Assembly (NCBI GenBank): GCA_963836235.1
Contig: CAWIIP010000001.1
Span: 352,001 to 416,000 of the forward strand
Direction of reading: 5' to 3'
Length of the DNA stretch: 64,000 bases
Source: an uncultured Pseudomonadota bacterium
GTDB taxonomy: Bacteria > Oederibacteriota > Muellerivitia > Muellerivitales > Muellerivitaceae
Position numbers and translations under genes: made by a program
Notes under the pieces: generated by a model
Told to the model about the DNA's origin: nothing
Databases searched by the model: none
Seen by the model: only the letters and a program-made list of their open reading frames with translations
Shown here: positions 55,817 to 64,000 of the stretch, one piece after another
Position numbering within the stretch: position 1 is the stretch's first letter
How the letters are laid out: every line of letters starts with the position of its first letter

Positions 55817-57706
55817 CTACGAGCTTTTCACCTTCTCCTTTGTGGGGCTTTCCAACAAAAGCTTGTCGAGATCGGAACGTTCCAACGTTTCCTTCGAAAG
55901 CAATTCCTTTGCGATCCGCTCCAAGGCTCCCCGCTTGGAACTCAGGATTTCCTGGGCCCGCTGATATTCTTCCTCCACCAGTTGCCTGACTTCCCCGTCA
56001 ATAGCCTTGGCGGTCTCCTCGCTGTAATTGCGCTCCTCCCCCTGGCCCAAAGGCGTATTGAGGTATTTCAGCTCCAACGAGAGGCCGAAAGTCTGGGGCC
56101 CCAACTTGGCGCTCATGCCGTACCGGCACACCATCTGCCGGGCGGTTTCGGAAGCCCGCTCCAGGTCGTTCCGGGCGCCGGTGGAAACGTCCCCGAACAC
56201 CAGTTCCTCGGCAGCCCGGCCGCCGAACATGACGCACAAGCGGTCCTGCAGTTCCTCCTTGGTCATCAGGTGCCGCTCCTCGGTGGGAAGCTGCAGGGTG
56301 GCCCCCAGGGCCCCGATGGACCGGGGAATGATGGTCACCCGGTGGACCGGGTCGGCCTTGGGGACGGATAGGGCCGTCAGGGCGTGCCCCGCCTCGTGGT
56401 AGGCCACCCGGCGTTTTTCCTCCTCACCCATGACGGTGGATTTCCGCTTGAGCCCCAGTTGGAGCCGGTCGATGGCTTCCTCAAAATCCGGTAAAGCCAC
56501 TTCCGCCACGCCCCGGCGGGCGGCGGCCAGGGCGGCCTCGTTGACTACGTTGGCCAGGTCTGCCCCTACCATCCCCGGCGTGCGCTTGGCCAGGACCTCC
56601 AGGTCCGTTCCCGGGGCCAGTTTCACCTTGCGGCTATGAACCTTCAGGATTGCCAAGCGGCCCTTCAGGTCCGGCGGGTCCAGCACCACCTGCCGGTCGA
56701 AACGGCCAGGGCGCATCAGAGCCTGGTCAAGTACCTCGGGCCGGTTGGTGGCGGCCATCAGGATGACTCCCCCACTGGCATCGAACCCGTCCATCTCGGC
56801 CAAAAGCTGGTTCAAGGTCTGGTCCCGTTCATCGTTGGACCCCGAGAAACCGATGCCGCCCCGGCTCTTGCCGATAGCGTCCAATTCGTCGATGAACACG
56901 ATGCAGGGCGCCCGACCCTTGGCCTGCTCGAAGAGGTCGCGCACGCGGGCCGCCCCCACGCCCACGAACATTTCCATGAACTCCGAACCCGAAAGGGCGA
57001 AGAAAGGCACGTCCGCCTCCCCCGCCACGGCCCGGGCCATCAGTGTCTTACCCGTGCCCGGCAGTCCCACCAAAAGCACGCCCCGGGGTATCCGGGCTCC
57101 CAGGGCCAGGTACTTCTTGGGGTGCTTCAGGAAATCCACCACTTCCTTTAATTCGTCCTTGGCTTCCTCCAGCCCGGCCACATCCTCGAAAGTGGCCTTC
57201 TCCTTTTCCTCCCGCTCATGGAGCTTGGCCCGACTTTTCCCGAAACTGAAGGGGCCCGCCGCGCTGCGGCTCACCCGCCCTGCGACCCAGGTATAAAGGA
57301 GGAACATCAAACCGATGGGCAGAAGCCAGTTGGAGAGGAATTGCTGGAACCAGTTGGGCTTGTCGCTTTTCCCGGTGACCTGCACTTTCCAGTCCAATAA
57401 AAGCTTCATCAGGGAAGTCTGGTCCACTCCCGAAAGCTGGTTGGTGATGACGGTTTCGGTTTTATCGGGGTCCTTGTAGGGAAATCCCATCTTGGCCTCG
57501 GCCACCAGTTGGGACTCGCCCCACTGGACGCTTTGAATCTTTCCCGAATCCGCCAGTTGCAAAAACTCGTTGTAGGACACCGTCCGGGGCCCCGGCGTGA
57601 AGAATATCTGGGCCAGCCAAAGGAAGAAAAACATCATCAGGAAATAGGTAAACCAGGAAACGTTGGAAAAATTAAATTTTGCGGGGCGGACGGGTTGGTC
57701 GTTCAT
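55817..57706 (-). CDS. ftsH: ATP-dependent zinc metalloprotease FtsH
   Basis: 2 TM helices, [26 protein letters not shown]. Confidence 0.96.
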   Translation of the reverse strand: MNDQPVRPAKFNFSNVSWFTYFLMMFFFLWLAQIFFTPGPRTVSYNEFLQLADSGKIQSVQWGESQLVAEAKMGFPYKDPDKTETVITNQLSGVDQTSLMKLLLDWKVQVTGKSDKPNWFQQFLSNWLLPIGLMFLLYTWVAGRVSRSAAGPFSFGKSRAKLHEREEKEKATFEDVAGLEEAKDELKEVVDFLKHPKKYLALGARIPRGVLLVGLPGTGKTLMARAVAGEADVPFFALSGSEFMEMFVGVGAARVRDLFEQAKGRAPCIVFIDELDAIGKSRGGIGFSGSNDERDQTLNQLLAEMDGFDASGGVILMAATNRPEVLDQALMRPGRFDRQVVLDPPDLKGRLAILKVHSRKVKLAPGTDLEVLAKRTPGMVGADLANVVNEAALAAARRGVAEVALPDFEEAIDRLQLGLKRKSTVMGEEEKRRVAYHEAGHALTALSVPKADPVHRVTIIPRSIGALGATLQLPTEERHLMTKEELQDRLCVMFGGRAAEELVFGDVSTGARNDLERASETARQMVCRYGMSAKLGPQTFGLSLELKYLNTPLGQGEERNYSEETAKAIDGEVRQLVEEEYQRAQEILSSKRGALERIAKELLSKETLERSDLDKLLLESPTKEKVKSS

Positions 57707-57718
57707 GGAAGACCTCCC

Positions 57719-58078
57719 TCAGGTGGACGGCGAAAGAAAAAAACGTCCGCAAGCCACGAAGAGGGATAAGGACATGAGGGCGAAAGTGACCCCCGCTTCC
57801 CCAATCTCATGGCGCCTCAAGCGGAAACGGACAGCCAAAACCATGATGACGGCAATGCCCAAGGCGGCCAAAGGCGTCAACCAGGGAAAGAGCCGGGCGG
57901 CCGGGGGAAGGAGTAATCCTCCGGCCCCCAAAATCTCGCTGACCCCGATGAAAAGAAGAAGCCCCACGTCGCCCAAACCCTGGGCCTTCATGGTTTCGGG
58001 CTTGAAGATCTTCAAAGACCCATCAATTAAAAAAATGAGGGCCAACAGAACCTGGGCGATCCATAACAAAGTATTCAT
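57719..58078 (-). CDS. DoxX-family membrane protein
   Basis: LWIAQVLLALIF, FIGVSEILGAGGLLLP, LTPLAALG. Confidence 0.85.
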   Translation of the reverse strand: MNTLLWIAQVLLALIFLIDGSLKIFKPETMKAQGLGDVGLLLFIGVSEILGAGGLLLPPAARLFPWLTPLAALGIAVIMVLAVRFRLRRHEIGEAGVTFALMSLSLFVACGRFFLSPST

Positions 58079-58126
58079 AAGCCCCCCCGTTAAAAGGCTT
58101 CTCCCCACCGGGTTATTCCCTACCGC

Positions 58127-58276
58127 TTATTTGCAATCGACACCGCAATGAAATTTGCCGCGCGACATCATTCCCTTGCTCTTCAAGACTTTCCCCCCGC
58201 ATCCCGCGCAGGTTTGTAAACTTTCTTGGCTTTTGCCTTGGCTTTTTTCATCTAACCCTCCTTTTGATAGGAACAT
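58127..58276 (-). CDS. Putative 49-aa Cys-rich (zinc-binding) peptide
   Basis: Read manually: MFLSKGG...TCAGCGGKVLKSKGMMSRGKFHCGVDCK; lies downstream of a Crp-like promoter. Confidence 0.4.
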   Translation of the reverse strand: MFLSKGGLDEKSQGKSQESLQTCAGCGGKVLKSKGMMSRGKFHCGVDCK

Positions 58277-58323
58277 TCAAACGTCCCTTGTCATTTATCT
58301 TAGGCAAAACTCCATCCGGGATT

Positions 58324-58339
58324 TATGACCTAAGGCAGG
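58324..58339 (-). promoter_or_regulatory. Crp/Fnr-like box
   Basis: TATGA-N6-GCAGG with a -10 TAAGAT at 58297-58302 (about -41.5). Confidence 0.5.
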
Positions 58340-58492
58340 TTAAACGAGGATTTTTATTCAAAAAAAAGCCCCGGAAATACCAGCCTTCCGGGGCAAGGAC
58401 TTGAACCTTTAATTTACGGCGCTGTTCAGTCTCAGTTGGCATTAACCAGAGGTAGCGGACGAAGTTCAAAAAGCAAAACTGCTGCCGACCGA

Positions 58493-58675
58493 TTAAACAT
58501 TGGCCGTGTCAAAAAAGTTGACGCCGGCCTCAAAGGCTTTTTGGATGATGGACCTGGCCTGGTCCTCGCCCAAGGCCCATGCATGGGTACCGCCCTGGGG
58601 GTTGCCGAAACTCATGCAACCCAGGCAAAGGCGCGATATTTTCAAACCGGTGTTTCCTAAACGGACATATTCCAA
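58493..58675 (-). pseudogene. Aldo/keto reductase N-terminal fragment
   Basis: MEYVRLGNTGLKISRLCLGCMSFG...NFFDTANV followed by a stop at 60 aa. Confidence 0.8.
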
Positions 58676-58705
58676 GAAAAGCCTCCCCGCGAAATTAATT
58701 CCGTC

Positions 58706-59557
58706 TCAAACGCCTTGAGTGGGCCAGCCCGACTCCTCCATGGCCATTTCGGCGGCCTCGCGGCCGGTAAGGGTCGTCCGCCATTTCGTCGCCACGATCC
58801 GGTATCCGGTCACCCCGTCGGATTCGGGCGAAGAGAGCCAAATCAGCGGCGGAACCATGATGGCGGCGTCCAGCAGGGACGCCCGCAGGCCCTCCCGCGC
58901 TTCCACCGGGATCATTCCGGTGAGGACCGCTCCACCGGGAAGAAGCTCGTTCACGGTCACCCCCGTTCCGGCCAGATCCTGGGCCCAGATAATTGTCGCC
59001 GACTCAAGCGCTGCCTTGGAGGGGCCGTAGGGCGAGAACCCCCGTCGGCGTTTCGTCTCGTGATTGATCGAGATGTTGATGATCCGGCCCCAGCCAGCCT
59101 TGAGCATGATCGGCACGGCGCTTCGCGCCATCAGGAAGGGGCCGTTGACGTTGGTATCGATCACCATGCGCCAAGCCTTCGGATCGACCATCCAGAACTG
59201 GGTGGGCTTGGTCATGAAGTTCGGGCTGACGTGCTTCATGCCGCGCCCGGCGTTATTGACCAGGATATCGAGCCGCCCGAAGCGCTTGACCGTATCCTCC
59301 ACGACCCGGCCACAGTCCTCTTCCCTCGTGACATCGGCGATGAGGGGCAGCACCTTTTCCTCACCGCATTCCTGGCTGACTTCGCGCGCGAGGGACTCGA
59401 TCTCCGGGCGTTCAAGCGCGGCGGTGGCCACCACATTGGCCCCCGCGCGGGCAAGCCCGAGTACCATGGCCCGCCCCAGTCCCCTTCCCCCGCCCGTGAC
59501 GATGGCCACCTTCCCCGAAAGCGTTCCCAATTCCATTTTTTTCTTCTCCATGTTCAA
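58706..59557 (-). CDS. SDR-family oxidoreductase
   Basis: TGGGRGLG, DILVNNAG, YGPSK. Confidence 0.93.
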   Translation of the reverse strand: MNMEKKKMELGTLSGKVAIVTGGGRGLGRAMVLGLARAGANVVATAALERPEIESLAREVSQECGEEKVLPLIADVTREEDCGRVVEDTVKRFGRLDILVNNAGRGMKHVSPNFMTKPTQFWMVDPKAWRMVIDTNVNGPFLMARSAVPIMLKAGWGRIINISINHETKRRRGFSPYGPSKAALESATIIWAQDLAGTGVTVNELLPGGAVLTGMIPVEAREGLRASLLDAAIMVPPLIWLSSPESDGVTGYRIVATKWRTTLTGREAAEMAMEESGWPTQGV

Positions 59558-59581
59558 CGGCCCGCCAAGAGGCCTAACGGA

Positions 59582-60070
59582 TCAAAAATAATCCAAGGGG
59601 AGCGTTTCCCGTGGTTTGATATGCGGCACATATTTAGGGGTTTTCATGGCCAAACCCCGAGCGTGAGCCGTTTCCTCGTCCGAAAGGCCTTTTTGAATCA
59701 TAAAATCCTGCTTCGGATAGATCAGGTCCGGGTCCTTGATCGAATCCCGGTTGGCCTTGAAGATCGAAGGCCATTGGAAATTATCCCCGTAAATATCCCG
59801 CTTGCCCGCGATGCCCCAAAGGGTGTCATGGCGGACCACTCTATAGCTTAAGGAAGGAACCGGCGCGGGCTTTTCCGCAGCCACCTTCTCGGTGGTGGCT
59901 GGCTGTTTGGGAACTTCCGTGTTTTCAATCCGCTTTTTACTGTTGCAACCGTAAATCAGGAATCCAACCGCCCCCATGGTTAAAAAAAACGCCGCGATTC
60001 CTCTGCGGTTTATCCCCCCGGCTTTATTTCGCGGTTTTCGGACTCCTTCTTTTTCCATTTTCCTGGCCAT
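59582..60070 (-). CDS. LysM-domain lipoprotein
   Basis: IYGC lipobox; YRVVRHDTLWGIA...IKDPDLIYPKQ. Confidence 0.85.
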   Translation of the reverse strand: MARKMEKEGVRKPRNKAGGINRRGIAAFFLTMGAVGFLIYGCNSKKRIENTEVPKQPATTEKVAAEKPAPVPSLSYRVVRHDTLWGIAGKRDIYGDNFQWPSIFKANRDSIKDPDLIYPKQDFMIQKGLSDEETAHARGLAMKTPKYVPHIKPRETLPLDYF

Positions 60071-60133
60071 GGTGACCCTCCTTATTTTCCGTGCTCGATA
60101 ACAACAATATTAACTTTTAAACCCGTTGCGCCT

Positions 60134-60149
60134 TATGACCAGGATCAGC
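60134..60149 (-). promoter_or_regulatory. Crp/Fnr-like box
   Basis: TATGA-N6-TCAGC with a -10 TAATAT at 60107-60112 (about -41.5). Confidence 0.55.
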
Positions 60150-60429
60150 TTGTTTTTAGTTCCATTTTTTTATAACCAGCCTCGAAAAATTCCTTGAAGG
60201 CTTTTCGGGCTTCTCCGGCGTCATTTCCGTCGAATGTCAATTCCAACTCCGCGCCGTGGGTGGCGCCTAGGGCCAGCAGGCCGAGGATGCTTCGGGCATC
60301 GGCGGGGCCACCCTTGTTCCGGATGGATATGCGACTCGAGAAGCGGGAAGACATCTGGACCAGCTCGGCGGCGTCCCTCATGGAAAGGCCTACGGGGTTT
60401 TGGACCGACATTTTTTCAGTGATTCTCAT
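60145..60429 (-). CDS. HPr-family protein lacking His15 (Crh-like)
   Basis: VQNPVGLSMRDAA in place of GLHARP; DARSILGLLALGA retains Ser46. Confidence 0.85.
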   Translation of the reverse strand: MRITEKMSVQNPVGLSMRDAAELVQMSSRFSSRISIRNKGGPADARSILGLLALGATHGAELELTFDGNDAGEARKAFKEFFEAGYKKMELKTS

Positions 60430-60586
60430 AGATAATCTCCTTCGAACGACGATAAAGCCAATGGCCGGAAAACCGCCTGGCCGTTGTGGGTTTGTTCTAT
60501 TGGATTCTTCCGTGCCCGTCAAAACAAATCCCCCAGCGGTGACCGCAGGGGGATGTTTCTTCACAACAGGAAAGAGAAAGTACGGG

Positions 60587-60820
60587 CTACCGGATTATTT
60601 GGTGGGGGGGGGTCGAAGGTGTCTCGACAGGCGTTTCTTTTTTCTCCTCCTTTTTAGCCTTCTTCACTTTCTTCTTTTTCTCCTTCTTCACCGCCTTGGC
60701 TGGAGCGGGAGTGGCAGAAACGGCGGGAGTGCCCGCCGGGTCCGGGGTTTCATCGGCCAAGATCATCCCGGTGACCCCCATAAAAATAACGGCCATCATC
60801 GCGACTAGTAAACGCTTCAT
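60587..60820 (-). CDS. Small secreted Lys-rich protein
   Basis: Signal peptide and Pro/Lys-rich body; AAGGAGG RBS. Confidence 0.6.
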   Translation of the reverse strand: MKRLLVAMMAVIFMGVTGMILADETPDPAGTPAVSATPAPAKAVKKEKKKKVKKAKKEEKKETPVETPSTPPHQIIR

Positions 60821-60877
60821 GAAATCCTCCTTAAGGATCAGAATCGCGATAATTTAATCCAAAAAGGCCGGGATCTT

Positions 60878-61012
60878 TATGATCTTGGACAGGATAATGA
60901 TTTTTTTGGAAAAAGTGACAATCAGTCAAAAAAAGGGCTAGTGGACGATCGATCATTGTTCTCAAAGGAAAAGCCATTTTTAAATTCGAGCCAAATCATG
61001 ACTTAAATCATA
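60878..61012. promoter_or_regulatory. Two divergent Crp/Fnr-like promoters
   Basis: TATGATCTTGGACAGG (60878-60893; -10 TAAATT at 60851-60856, minus strand) and CATGACTTAAATCATA (60997-61012; -10 TAACAT at 61034-61039, plus strand). Confidence 0.55.
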
Positions 61013-61088
61013 AAGGCCAAAACCGGACTCAATTAACATTCCTCCACTCAAGACAACCATTCGAGAAGAAAAACAGAGGAGGTTATTA

Positions 61089-62350
61089 ATGCCCAATACC
61101 GAGATAAAGCCCCTGGACCCTCAAAAATACTATCGGATGCCTTGGTCCCTGAGCGACAACGGAATTTTCTGGCTGGAGGTCACTTCCCAATGCAACCTTA
61201 CCTGTGAGGGCTGTTACCACGAGAACATTTTGAACGGCCACAAGACCCTGGAAACCATCGAGGAGGAATTCAAGGTCATCAAGGCCCTGCGAAAGGTCGA
61301 CAGCGTCAGCATCGCCGGGGGCGAACCCCTTTTGCATCCCCAAATCCTGGAGATCGTCAAAATGGTGCGCCGTTACGGTTGGAAGCCCATCATGAACACC
61401 AACGGGCTGGCCCTGACTCACGAGCTTTTAAAAAACCTGAAAAAAGCCGGTTTATTTGGTTTCACATTCCATATAGATACCACCCAGAAGAGGCGGGATT
61501 CCCATGCCCACACAGAGCAGGAACACATCGCCCTGCGCGAACATTTGGCCGAATTGGTCCATAACGAGGGCGGGTTGGTCTGCGGCTTCAACCAAACCGT
61601 CTCCGAGCAGACCCTGGACCAGGTTCCGGACATCGTGCGTTGGGCCGAGAAATTCCCCGAAATGATCAACACCATGGTCTTTATCTTGTTCCGCACTCCC
61701 GGCATGTCGGCCAATTTCGATTTTTATGCCTTCGGCAAGAAGGTGGACCTCTATGAGACCTACATTCCCACCAAATGGGGGGGAAAAAAAATCTCAAGGC
61801 CCACGATATCGTGGCCAAGATCCGGGAAGCGGACCCGGCCTACGAGCCGGCCGGTTACCTGAACGGAACCATCGAGGCCAACGACATGAAATGGACCCTG
61901 GCCACCCGGATCGCCAACAAAAAAAGGACCTTCGGTTACACCAGCCCCAAGTTCATGGAATTCGTCCAGACCTGGCACCACAAGCATATCGGCACCTGGC
62001 TGAGTTACGCCTCGCCCGCCCTGCTTCGCGCCGGAAGGTCCACCCTCCTGTTCCTGGGCTGGGGCGACAAGGCCATGCGCAAATCCCTTTTTAAATTCCT
62101 TTTGGACCCGACGGCCTGGTTTCGCCGGGTCTACCTGCAGAACTTCGCCATCATCCAGCCCGTGGACCTCCTGGCGGATGGCCGGATGAGCATGTGCGAC
62201 AGCTGTCCCGACATCACCGTCCACGAGGGAAAACTTTATTGGAGCTGCCGGCTGGAGGAAATCAAGAAGTACGGCACTTTCGTAACGGCGGTCCCCAAGA
62301 CTTCCATTCATAAAGATAGGGTGGCAAAAACCTTACAAGAAACTCATTAA
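61089..62350 (+). pseudogene. Radical SAM protein split by a -1 frameshift at a G7A8 tract
   Basis: CNLTCEGCY motif and AGGEP in frame 1; continuation with MCDSCPD...WSCRLEE in the -1 frame; tract at 61777-61791. Confidence 0.8.
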
Positions 62351-62362
62351 CACAGAGTTTTC

Positions 62363-62707
62363 CTAATGGACTAGTTTCCGGTGGTGGGACGGATGGAAAG
62401 CGGCGGCATTTAAATTGTGATCATGCTCCAGAAGAAACGACTTCATCTTTTGAAGGAACGGATAGATTTTTTCAAAATCCAGGTCCTGCATTCCATACCA
62501 GGCTTCGGTATCGGCTTCCTCGAGGGGGGCGAAATAGTCGTACCATTCCCGTACTAATCCCTGATCTTTGAGGTTGGCTAAATCTAAATCTTTCCGCAAT
62601 CCGCACACCAGGGCATGAAAATTGACCCTCCCGTTGTAATAATCCCGGATCAACAGGGTCATTTTTTTCCATAGGTGGAATTGGGAATTATTCATTTCAT
62701 CCTCCAA
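62363..62707 (-). CDS. Hypothetical protein
   Basis: About 110-aa ORF with a GGAGG RBS. Confidence 0.55.
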   Translation of the reverse strand: MEDEMNNSQFHLWKKMTLLIRDYYNGRVNFHALVCGLRKDLDLANLKDQGLVREWYDYFAPLEEADTEAWYGMQDLDFEKIYPFLQKMKSFLLEHDHNLNAAAFHPSHHRKLVH

Positions 62708-62930
62708 ATGCGGAGGAACACAGGAAATGGATCTGGGCTTTATGGGCTAAACGAAACAAGGGGTTCACTGAAGTCGAATGGAATCTATTGAAAAGCCTAG
62801 GTTTCAGACAGGTTTTATCTCCTTTTGAATTATCCGTTTTATTTCCATTTCGGTAAACTTTTTTGATTTTCACCAAAGTCCTCCTATTTGTCATTAACTC
62901 AAATAAACCCCCCAAATTTAATTTCAATAC

Positions 62931-63626
62931 CTAAAGCTCTTCTATCAGATTTTTCAGTTTTTCAATACTCTTAATGATAATCTTGCCATGGGTAGAAGAA
63001 AACCATCCGGAGTTTTTCAGGCGAGAGAAGATGCGTATGCAGGTTTCTACGGAGACCCCCGCGATTTCCGCGATTTCCTTCCGGGTCAAGGGGATAGTAG
63101 TTCCGTATTCCCCCGCCATTTCAATGAGTGCATGCAGGAGGCGTTTTTCGGCGCTTTCCACTGAGATAGTTTCCATTTCTTTGGCTTTGCGAAGGAGTTG
63201 AGAAATATGGAAAATCACGGCTTTTGCGACATCGGGATACTGGCCCATGATGTCCTGGAAAACCTGATTGGGAACGGCAATCACCGTGGCTTCGGTCTCC
63301 GCCATAGCGTAAACGCCGTACTCACTTTGGTCGAAAGCGGAAACTCCGAACATGCCTTCGGGTCCCTTGGTGGCAACGGTATGGCTTTTGCCTTCCAAAG
63401 AATAATGGGCCAGCTTGACGTGGCCTTCCTTGACGAACCAAAGGTAATCGGGCCGGTCATCCTCCTTAAATATGTATTCATGCTTGGCGAGGGTTTTCTG
63501 GAGGATATTTTTTTCATGTTCCCGCAGGACCTTCGGGAGGATTTTATTGAAAGGGTCTAGGGTGGAAAGGGAACTTTTTCGGGCTCCCGGGACATCCAAC
63601 CGCTTGGTTCTTATTATCGTCAACAT
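62931..63626 (-). CDS. Crp/Fnr-family transcriptional regulator (paralog of 50363-51058)
   Basis: WFVKEGHVK, ESAEKR, LTRKEIAEIAGVSVETCIR; GAGGAGG RBS. Confidence 0.92.
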   Translation of the reverse strand: MLTIIRTKRLDVPGARKSSLSTLDPFNKILPKVLREHEKNILQKTLAKHEYIFKEDDRPDYLWFVKEGHVKLAHYSLEGKSHTVATKGPEGMFGVSAFDQSEYGVYAMAETEATVIAVPNQVFQDIMGQYPDVAKAVIFHISQLLRKAKEMETISVESAEKRLLHALIEMAGEYGTTIPLTRKEIAEIAGVSVETCIRIFSRLKNSGWFSSTHGKIIIKSIEKLKNLIEEL

Positions 63627-63730
63627 GTCGACCTCCTCGGGTGTAGCCGGAAGCTTATATAACAATGATTAAAGGTGTAATAAGACTGCCGTCTTAGAGT
63701 AGTGATCATAATTAGGTCTTAAAATTCACT

Positions 63731-63746
63731 TATGACCTAAATCACA
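63731..63746 (-). promoter_or_regulatory. Crp/Fnr-like box (possible autoregulation)
   Basis: TATGA-CCTAAA-TCACA with a -10 TATGAT at 63705-63710. Confidence 0.6.
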
Positions 63747-64000
63747 AACGGAGAAATAATTTGTCGAAGGAATTGATTGGGTAATCAAAATGCGGTTTAA
63801 AAATTATTTCACTTTGATAGGAATTATATTTTCTGAAATTGATATCGGGCGATCTTGAGCCATTCAATTTAAGCCGTTATTTCATTTTTTAAAAAGCCCT
63901 TTTTCTGGCGGTTTTTTCCCTTTCGGACAACCGGATTATTGAGTAGGTCGTTTAACTATTGAACATCAACAATGCTGACTATAATTTCTTCCGCCGTCCC

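Overview
A 64-kb bacterial chromosomal window. Thr/Pro-rich secreted proteins and LptE point to a diderm; the taxon cannot be determined from sequence alone. 1-14 kb is housekeeping or ordinary: partial holA, lptE, leuS, recN, a GH27 alpha-galactosidase, an HI0933 flavoprotein and a glutathione peroxidase. About 14-53 kb is an accessory island. Its main feature is at least 14 co-oriented copies of a 32-bp imperfect palindrome (GTTGTCCACGACGGG-TC-CCCGTCGTGGACAAC: two 15-bp arms and an invariant non-palindromic 2-bp core). The copies sit between genes and bound modules ranging from single small genes (SUFU-like, membrane proteins, an NHL/HEAT protein) to a 16-kb glgP-HAD-ackA-xfp-fba-N-ATPase operon, a sigma54 activator and a Crp/Fnr module. 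This looks like an integron-like cassette array with serine-recombinase-style sites instead of attC. No recombinase is visible in the window. The array begins 7 bp after an unusual ParB-HTH-TM-periplasmic fusion gene. A second, unrelated and identical 37-bp hairpin repeat marks two chimeric gene junctions. An IS1380 (with TSD) and an IS256 (no TSD) are present. 53-64 kb holds a probable Crp/Fnr regulon with boxes near -41.5, plus polX, ftsH, an HPr lacking His15 and a frameshifted radical SAM gene.
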